Source of the DNA: Spirochaetia bacterium
Lineage (GTDB): Bacteria > Spirochaetota > Spirochaetia > SP-2023
Direction: 5' to 3'
DNA: 64,000 nucleotides
NCBI GenBank assembly: GCA_965263295.1
Contig: OZ253665.1
Coordinates: 2,016,001 to 2,080,000 of the forward strand
In this document: positions 57,723-64,000 of the stretch, piece by piece
Layout: each line of letters begins with the position of its first letter
Position numbering within the stretch: position 1 is the stretch's first letter
The notes under the pieces: generated by a model
Databases searched by the model: none
The model's input: the letters and a program-made list of their open reading frames with translations, nothing else
Told to the model about the DNA's origin: nothing
Translations under genes and position numbers: made by a program

Positions 57723-60700
57723 ATGCCCCGCCCCGCAATCAAGCGCAAATGTTTTGCCCAATATTTTTACAGGCGAGTTATTCTCGTCAGTTTGACCTGT
57801 CTTCCCCTTGCCGTCCTGGCGAGTATGGCAAGCCACTCACTTCCGCACTTGAGCGCACAGGGACGCCAAGATCAAATGCGGAGCGATCAGGCTCAGCCTA
57901 AAATTGAGCTGCTACCAGCACGCCAGCCCAGTCCCCAAACCAGCAGGGACAAAATAGATCGGCAGGACACACTACATATCTTGGCCAGGCAGTGGCTGGC
58001 AAAAATACAACAATTGAGCAACAGTTATGCTAGCTTCCAAACTTGGGAGTCAAGCAGCTTGCGTGAAGCCTCCCCCCAGGAATTCGCCTTGTTTCAAGCC
58101 ATACATCAATTGGCAACTCATTATGGTTTTACCAGCCAGCTCTACAGTTTGAATCAGCTCCATACCATGCATTCCTTTTCCCACAACCTGGAAATCCTAA
58201 TCCCCGCAGGCCTACCTCGCCCCAATAGTAGCGGCTTGCCCGAAGAGTCCTGGCCTCAGGCATATCAAGGAAAACGGGAAGTCCTACTGCTAACCCCGAT
58301 ATCCGGGAATTCCGCCCAAGACATTGTCACTTTACTACTATTCATGCATATCAGCTCACAGCAGCCCCCCCCCCTAGCTATGCGTCTCGTTTTCCTCGGC
58401 TCTGAGTTCAAACCCCAATTCGTTCGGCAGAGCAACAGAAAGGAGCAAGGGAGCATCGGCTCTCGTACTTTTATCTATCGCTATCAAAAAACCCGGCCCT
58501 ATGGCTTACTCTACTTCCATCACCTGGAGCAAACGCTTCCAAACAAAGAAACCGCGATCCATACAGTACAAGAATCGGCAGCCTACTATGCCCGTAAACT
58601 AGACTCGGCAATGCAGCATCTCGGCTCTCCCGACTTCTGGAAACAGATGCGAGAAAGCCAAAATCAACAAAATCAAGCCCTCCGCGAATCCGCAAGTTTA
58701 AATCTGGCATTACCAAGCACACTGCAGATCATCTACAGCGGCAGCAAGAGTCAGTCACCGGCACGCGATGCCTTGCAACTAGCTAGAGCCCTACAATTGG
58801 CTCAAATCCCCTTCAATTTTAATAATGGCCTAAAGTTACTCCAAACCTTGCAGCCCGCAACAGACAGCGCTCTGCTTGACCCATACATCGAGCGGCAATG
58901 GCCAATTGCAGCAGTCAGCCAAAGTACCCGCGACAGGCTAACGAATGAAGAGACGGCATTACAATTAGTACACCTGGCGAGCAGCTTAAAGTTTTTCCTA
59001 GATATAAAACGGGAACAGGCCAGCGCAGAACAAGTCTTGCTCCCAGCTCAGCACGCCACCACCACTAATTCTGGCAACGCCTCGGGCCACAAGTTGCCCG
59101 CAGCAGCAGAATTTGGCGGACGTCATTATTGGCTCTGGAACTTGCCCCTTTATCTATCGAATTTTACAGGGAACGGCAGCTTTAATTTAGCATATTTCTC
59201 CGAACGCCAAATTCTGGTGTGGGTTTTGCTGGCCATCGGGATTTTTGCCTTCTCAAGCTTCCGAGCTCATTCCCAGCTACATCAGCTCCGAGCCATCCAC
59301 CAACTCCCAATTGGCCGGATATTACAAACTATAGCGACTATCTTCATATTGATTGCCGCTTATGTGTTGTTTGCCAACGAAGCCCTATTACTAGTACTAC
59401 AGCTCATTTCAATGACAGGATTTAGTAGCCTAAATGACTTAGATAAGCCCGGCAGCTTAAAGCTAGCTGCAGCTATTATTATCAAAATTCACTTCGCCTT
59501 ACTGTTTCTTTACAGCGCCGCACTTGGCCTAAACCTGGAAAAACGATTTGAAGTCAGGCTATTGCCTTACATCGGCCAGAGCCTCGCATTTATAAACCTA
59601 TTATTAATTATATCAAAAGATTTTAGCCTGGCTATTGCCGGTCTCTATTTGTTTTTTCTTCAGAGTCTTTATGCTTTCATACCCAGCCACAGCAGCCGTA
59701 GGCGGCCGCTGTGGCTCCTCCAAGACCTTTGGCACTACGGCATTATTTTCCTGCTCTTTCTACCTTACGTTCTGTTAATGCTAACTCTGCCCCTATCGCC
59801 AGAAAGCCTGTTACTCTTGCTGGGCAGCCGCAACGTTTATCTATATATTTTGACGCTACTTATTTTCATGCCCGGCCTCTTATGGCACTTTACCCAGATA
59901 CAATTCTGTCGCTGGCATTACCCGCGCAATTACCGCAATTTCTTACTGCGGCGCATGGGCTGGTATCTGGGCACGATTCTACTCGCCACTCTGTTCTTGC
60001 TTGTCGGCCCTGCAGATGAATCCGACACAAACTCCGCAAAAGGGTCTTCAATAGCATCAAAGGCCTCTAATCAACCTAGCCTACGGCTGAAAGAACATTT
60101 TATTCTGCCTGAATATCTTCACCACAGTCCCACTCCGGAGCAAGCCACAGGCAGTAAAATTATCACCCTTGAACGACTCAGCCCGTCGAGCCGCGAACTA
60201 TCTCAACTCAGTTTAAACTTCGCAAGCCCAATTAGTTCATTAGCCCTGCGGCAAAACCGGGGAGGACAGCAAATTGAGCTACAGGAGTCCGCCCTGTTTC
60301 GCACGAGAAACTCACCTCAGGCAGATCATGTATTCTCAGGGCAAAACTTGCAGAAGCGCCTATGGCAGCGCGACTTGCAGAGTTTTGAGTTAACGGCCCT
60401 CCAGCAATTGGGAGACCGTCTTTTCCGGCACGACGGCAACCGCATTCGCGAGAATAATTCCAGTATCCTAAAGCTGCAAAGCCAAATTACCCTCGACCAT
60501 ATCGCAGCCCAACTGCGCTCCCGTCAACTGAAACTGCTTTCTGCCAACGTCCCTTTTACGATTCCCCATAATATACCCAATATACCACCAGAGCGCACAG
60601 GTTCCGATACTGCAAAGCTGCAGGCCAGCCATTTAATGTTAGGCGCTTATCCGCCCGCCGACCTGAGTATAGAACTCCTGTTGCATCGCAAATCTGAACC

Positions 60701-60935
60701 GTTACAATTATACTACAGTATCACATTGCAAATCCCGGCCAACTTCAATTCTAAATTGGATTCCCGCTCGCAAACAGACAGCCAGGAAGACGAGCCTCTC
60801 AAACTGCTGCTGCCGCTGCTTAGCCACTTAAAGCAAAACACGGCCAAAGGCCAAGCTCCAGACAAACTAAAGCCCGGTGTCGATTACCAACATATTGTAG
60901 AAATACAAGGCCTCCAAATCAGTCTCGAATATTAA
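57723..60935 (+). CDS. large multi-pass membrane protein with a degenerate M28-peptidase-like N-terminal domain
   Basis: Signal/TM, LVFLGSEF...IGSRTFI motif, roughly 8-9 TM helices, soluble C-terminal domain. Confidence 0.65.
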   Translation: MPRPAIKRKCFAQYFYRRVILVSLTCLPLAVLASMASHSLPHLSAQGRQDQMRSDQAQPKIELLPARQPSPQTSRDKIDRQDTLHILARQWLAKIQQLSNSYASFQTWESSSLREASPQEFALFQAIHQLATHYGFTSQLYSLNQLHTMHSFSHNLEILIPAGLPRPNSSGLPEESWPQAYQGKREVLLLTPISGNSAQDIVTLLLFMHISSQQPPPLAMRLVFLGSEFKPQFVRQSNRKEQGSIGSRTFIYRYQKTRPYGLLYFHHLEQTLPNKETAIHTVQESAAYYARKLDSAMQHLGSPDFWKQMRESQNQQNQALRESASLNLALPSTLQIIYSGSKSQSPARDALQLARALQLAQIPFNFNNGLKLLQTLQPATDSALLDPYIERQWPIAAVSQSTRDRLTNEETALQLVHLASSLKFFLDIKREQASAEQVLLPAQHATTTNSGNASGHKLPAAAEFGGRHYWLWNLPLYLSNFTGNGSFNLAYFSERQILVWVLLAIGIFAFSSFRAHSQLHQLRAIHQLPIGRILQTIATIFILIAAYVLFANEALLLVLQLISMTGFSSLNDLDKPGSLKLAAAIIIKIHFALLFLYSAALGLNLEKRFEVRLLPYIGQSLAFINLLLIISKDFSLAIAGLYLFFLQSLYAFIPSHSSRRRPLWLLQDLWHYGIIFLLFLPYVLLMLTLPLSPESLLLLLGSRNVYLYILTLLIFMPGLLWHFTQIQFCRWHYPRNYRNFLLRRMGWYLGTILLATLFLLVGPADESDTNSAKGSSIASKASNQPSLRLKEHFILPEYLHHSPTPEQATGSKIITLERLSPSSRELSQLSLNFASPISSLALRQNRGGQQIELQESALFRTRNSPQADHVFSGQNLQKRLWQRDLQSFELTALQQLGDRLFRHDGNRIRENNSSILKLQSQITLDHIAAQLRSRQLKLLSANVPFTIPHNIPNIPPERTGSDTAKLQASHLMLGAYPPADLSIELLLHRKSEPLQLYYSITLQIPANFNSKLDSRSQTDSQEDEPLKLLLPLLSHLKQNTAKGQAPDKLKPGVDYQHIVEIQGLQISLEY

Positions 60936-61098
60936 TTGCCGGCAAGCGGCCTCTCTAGAAGCTGCCAGCAACGCTTTATGCTTTGACATCACTTGGCTAA
61001 TTCAGATGGCTAATTCAGAATACGTCTTGCCAATCTTCTAAATATGCACAATACTCTGGAGAGCTAAGCATAAAAGCAGTATAAAGGGATCAAGAACC

Positions 61099-63444
61099 AT
61101 GCGAGAAAAACAATACCTGGACTTTGGCTGGCACTATTGCCCAGAATTTCAAGAACAGTTCATCGCCGCAGCCGCTCGCGGTCAATACAGCGGCTCATGG
61201 CAAGTCGTGCAGCTTCCCCACACAAATATTGAGTTGCCCAATTCCTATTTTGACGACCGTGCTTTTTCCTTTACTTCCGCCTATCGCCACAGCCTCCGCT
61301 TGCCGCCTCGTCGACACGAACAGCAAATTGCCTTACTGCGCTTTGAAGGCGTCATGAACTTCGCGGAGATTTTTTTGAACGCTCAGCCAATCGGCCACCA
61401 CAGAGGCGGCTACACTCCGTTTGAAATTGTCCTGCCGGCAGACATTGCCCGCTGGGGTGCAGACAACGAGCTACTGGTAAAAGTAGACTCCAGTGAGCGC
61501 AGTGACACTCCGCCCTTCGGTTTTGTAATCGATTATTTGACTTACGGTGGTATTTATCGCGAGGTCAGTCTCCAAATCTGCGAAGCTTTGCGCTTCACGG
61601 GCGTAAAGCTCACCCCGCAAATCTTTGCACCGCAAGATATTTGTGACGCACAGAGCCGGGTGCGCGGCAAGCTCAGCCTGGAGATAGAAATAGCCAACCC
61701 ATTTAAGCTTCAAGGAGAACGCGAACTGGAACTGAGGCTGCACGAACTCGGAGTTCAACAACGTTACTCTGTGAATCTGTGCGGACGCGACTGCGAAACA
61801 TTTTTCCTGGAGGGCCCAGAGTTAAATGACTTGCAGCTCTGGGATATCGGGCAAGGCCATCTATACGAGGTGGGATTGCAATTGCATGAAAGTGATAGCT
61901 ACACTGCCCATATCGGCTTCCGCGACTGCCGTTTTACACCAGAAGGCTTCTGGATCAACGGCCGCTATGAGAAGCTGATTGGCCTCAACCGCCACCAGAG
62001 CTACCCCTACGCCGGCTATGCCATGCCTGCCAATGCGCAGAAGAAAGATGCCGACCTGTTTCGAGAGTATGGCTGCAACATCCTGCGCACCTCGCATTAC
62101 CCGCAGCAACGAGATTTCATTGAATACTGTGACCGGATCGGGCTCTTGGTGTTTACCGAGATCCCCGGCTGGCAGCACATTGGCGATTCCGAGGCCTGGC
62201 AGCAACAGGTACTCGCAGACGTGCGCGACATGATTCAACGCGACTACAACAGCCCCAGCATTGTTCTGTGGGGAGTGCGCATCAACGAGAGCCGCGATCA
62301 CCATGAACTTTACAGCAGGACCAACGAACTGGCGCATCGCCTTGATCCCACACGTCAAACTGCCGGAGTACGCTGCCACCCCAACAGTGAATTACTTGAA
62401 GACGTTTATACCATGAATAATTTTGCGCTGAATGGCCGTTTTGACGAAGGGGGCGGCAAAGGCTTGGTGGCCCTAAATGGCCAGCACGAAATCACGGGCT
62501 TAGACTACCCCGTGGCCTACTTAGTCAGTGAATCCAACGGGCATATGTTCCCGACCAAGGCCTGGGACCCGGAAGAACGGCGCACGGAGCACGCGGTGCG
62601 GCACTTGCGCGTGATAGATGCCGCCCAGGGCACAAAGCAGCACTGCGGCAGCATCAGTTGGTGCGCCTTTGACTACAACACTCACCACGACTTTGGCGCT
62701 GGAGACAAGATCTGTCACCACGGTGTCTTTGACATCTACCGTCAGCCAAAGTTTGCCGCCTGGGCCTATCGCAGCCAAAAAGCACCCAGCGCAGAAGTGG
62801 TTCTGCAGCCCCTGAGCTGCTGGGCGCGCGGCGAGCGCGACGAATGCTTGATGGGGCCGCTCTGGGTCCTGCACAACTGCGACTACATCACACTTTACAT
62901 CAACGACAAGCCACAAGGTGGAGAACACAGCAAGGTATTCCCCGCGCGGAGCCTTTTCAAAGGACTCGCTCACCCGCCCAGTGTAATCTGGCAATTGGAC
63001 AGCGTCTGGGGCGAAGCTTTTAGAGGCGCGGAAATAAAAGGCTACATTGACGGCCGCGAAGTAGCCTCGCGCCGCTTGGCGGGCAACCCTTGGGCCGCGA
63101 GCCTGTATATTGAGCCCGACCAAGCCCAGCTCAATGCGCAGCGACCGGAAGCCACGCGCATCCAGCTCCAGGTTCGCGACCAGCTCGGCAACACATTGCC
63201 ATTTTTCATGGGCAGCGTACAGCTGCAAGTCTTTGGGGCTCAAGTCAAAATCTATGCCGATGAAGTCACAGCCATCGACACGGGCCAACAAGTCTTTTCC
63301 ACCCTCCGCGGAGGTTCTTCCGCCATCTGGTTGCTCAGTTGTGGCGAAGCAGGCACGGTCAACATTGCGGCCCGGGTCTTGGGCTACCCGCAGTTGACGT
63401 TCCAAACTCAAGTCACCATCAAATTACCCAGCAAATCACCATGA
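61099..63444 (+). CDS. GH2 beta-galactosidase
   Basis: FEGVM, GGYTPF, GGIYREV, GLNRHQ, RTSHYP, acid/base WGVRINES, nucleophile region LVSESNGHMFP. Confidence 0.93.
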   Translation: MREKQYLDFGWHYCPEFQEQFIAAAARGQYSGSWQVVQLPHTNIELPNSYFDDRAFSFTSAYRHSLRLPPRRHEQQIALLRFEGVMNFAEIFLNAQPIGHHRGGYTPFEIVLPADIARWGADNELLVKVDSSERSDTPPFGFVIDYLTYGGIYREVSLQICEALRFTGVKLTPQIFAPQDICDAQSRVRGKLSLEIEIANPFKLQGERELELRLHELGVQQRYSVNLCGRDCETFFLEGPELNDLQLWDIGQGHLYEVGLQLHESDSYTAHIGFRDCRFTPEGFWINGRYEKLIGLNRHQSYPYAGYAMPANAQKKDADLFREYGCNILRTSHYPQQRDFIEYCDRIGLLVFTEIPGWQHIGDSEAWQQQVLADVRDMIQRDYNSPSIVLWGVRINESRDHHELYSRTNELAHRLDPTRQTAGVRCHPNSELLEDVYTMNNFALNGRFDEGGGKGLVALNGQHEITGLDYPVAYLVSESNGHMFPTKAWDPEERRTEHAVRHLRVIDAAQGTKQHCGSISWCAFDYNTHHDFGAGDKICHHGVFDIYRQPKFAAWAYRSQKAPSAEVVLQPLSCWARGERDECLMGPLWVLHNCDYITLYINDKPQGGEHSKVFPARSLFKGLAHPPSVIWQLDSVWGEAFRGAEIKGYIDGREVASRRLAGNPWAASLYIEPDQAQLNAQRPEATRIQLQVRDQLGNTLPFFMGSVQLQVFGAQVKIYADEVTAIDTGQQVFSTLRGGSSAIWLLSCGEAGTVNIAARVLGYPQLTFQTQVTIKLPSKSP

Positions 63445-63611
63445 GCAGAGTCGTCCGTATTCGGCATGACTACACTTGAGATCGCCCAATAAGCGGCCTT
63501 GTCGTTCCACCGGCGCGCATTGGCGACAAGCAGGCGTTTAATTAAGCAAAATACCAAGCAAATTCAAGCAAATCCGAACAAATAAAGACAAATAAAAGGT
63601 AAGGAAATTTT

Positions 63612-64000
63612 ATGGATATTATAATCACCAAAAACTTTTATGAGTCGAGTGCCCGCGCAGCACAGAAATTCATCCAGCTAATGCAGCGCAAGCCCGATGC
63701 CCAATTGGGCCTGGCTACCGGTGGCAGCGCCGAAGGCATTTATGCCGAACTAGTTGCCGCCTATAAAGCGCAAAAAATAGATTTTTCACAGGCCTCCAGC
63801 ATCAATCTGGACGAGTATGTGGGCCTGGACGGCAATCACAAGCAAAGCTATCGCCACTACATGGATCAACACTTTTTCAACCATATCAATATTAAAAAAG
63901 AACGCGCTTACGTGCCCGACGGCAAGGCCGAGCCGGCAAGCGAACTGCAGCTGTTTCGGAACAAACTCCATTCGAGGCCAGTAGATCTGCAACTGCTTGG
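63612..64000 (+). CDS. nagB: glucosamine-6-phosphate deaminase, 5' part (runs off the window end)
   Basis: Hand translation: MDIIITKN...LGLATGGS...NLDEYVGL..NHKQSYRHYM...VDLQLL; AAGGA SD. Confidence 0.93.
   Translation, partial: MDIIITKNFYESSARAAQKFIQLMQRKPDAQLGLATGGSAEGIYAELVAAYKAQKIDFSQASSINLDEYVGLDGNHKQSYRHYMDQHFFNHINIKKERAYVPDGKAEPASELQLFRNKLHSRPVDLQLL

Noticed and set aside
62521..63411. Long antisense ORFs (296 aa here; others opposite recJ, ntpA, clpB)
   Set aside because: Shadow frames of GC-rich genes, without motifs or RBS.

Overview
64 kb of a bacterial chromosome, almost certainly a spirochaete (Spirochaetota). Support: a cheA-cheW(CheW-CheR fusion)-cheX-cheY operon, a V-type ATPase operon in spirochaete order (E-DUF2764-A-B-D-I-K), rpoN-hpf-HPr-holA and fliL-fliM. 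The window spans the probable replication origin: dnaA-dnaN-tRNA-Thr at 18.1-20.9 kb with two canonical parS sites 4-6 kb upstream. Most content is housekeeping (radA, holA, rsmG, rsmE, serC, tatD, mutS, murB, rpsU, recJ, dsbD, tkt, clpB, GH2 beta-galactosidase, nagB). A small decayed patch at 23.1-25.1 kb holds an IS5 remnant and a 2-hydroxycarboxylate transporter pseudogene. No CRISPR, prophage or rRNA is visible. Best novel candidates: (1) an unannotated ~80-nt minus-strand sRNA downstream of clpB with a sigma28-like promoter, an anti-Shine-Dalgarno loop complementary to the fliL ribosome-binding site, and an intrinsic terminator, overlapping an antisense 37-codon ORF; (2) a GC-skew reversal only ~5 kb after dnaA near the IS5 remnant, suggesting an origin-proximal rearrangement; (3) phased direct repeats between dnaN and tRNA-Thr; (4) a Bacteroidota-like transketolase; (5) a Na+-signature V-ATPase rotor; (6) housekeeping proteins lengthened by insertions and short tandem duplications. 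All protein calls come from motif recognition by eye; no database search was run.
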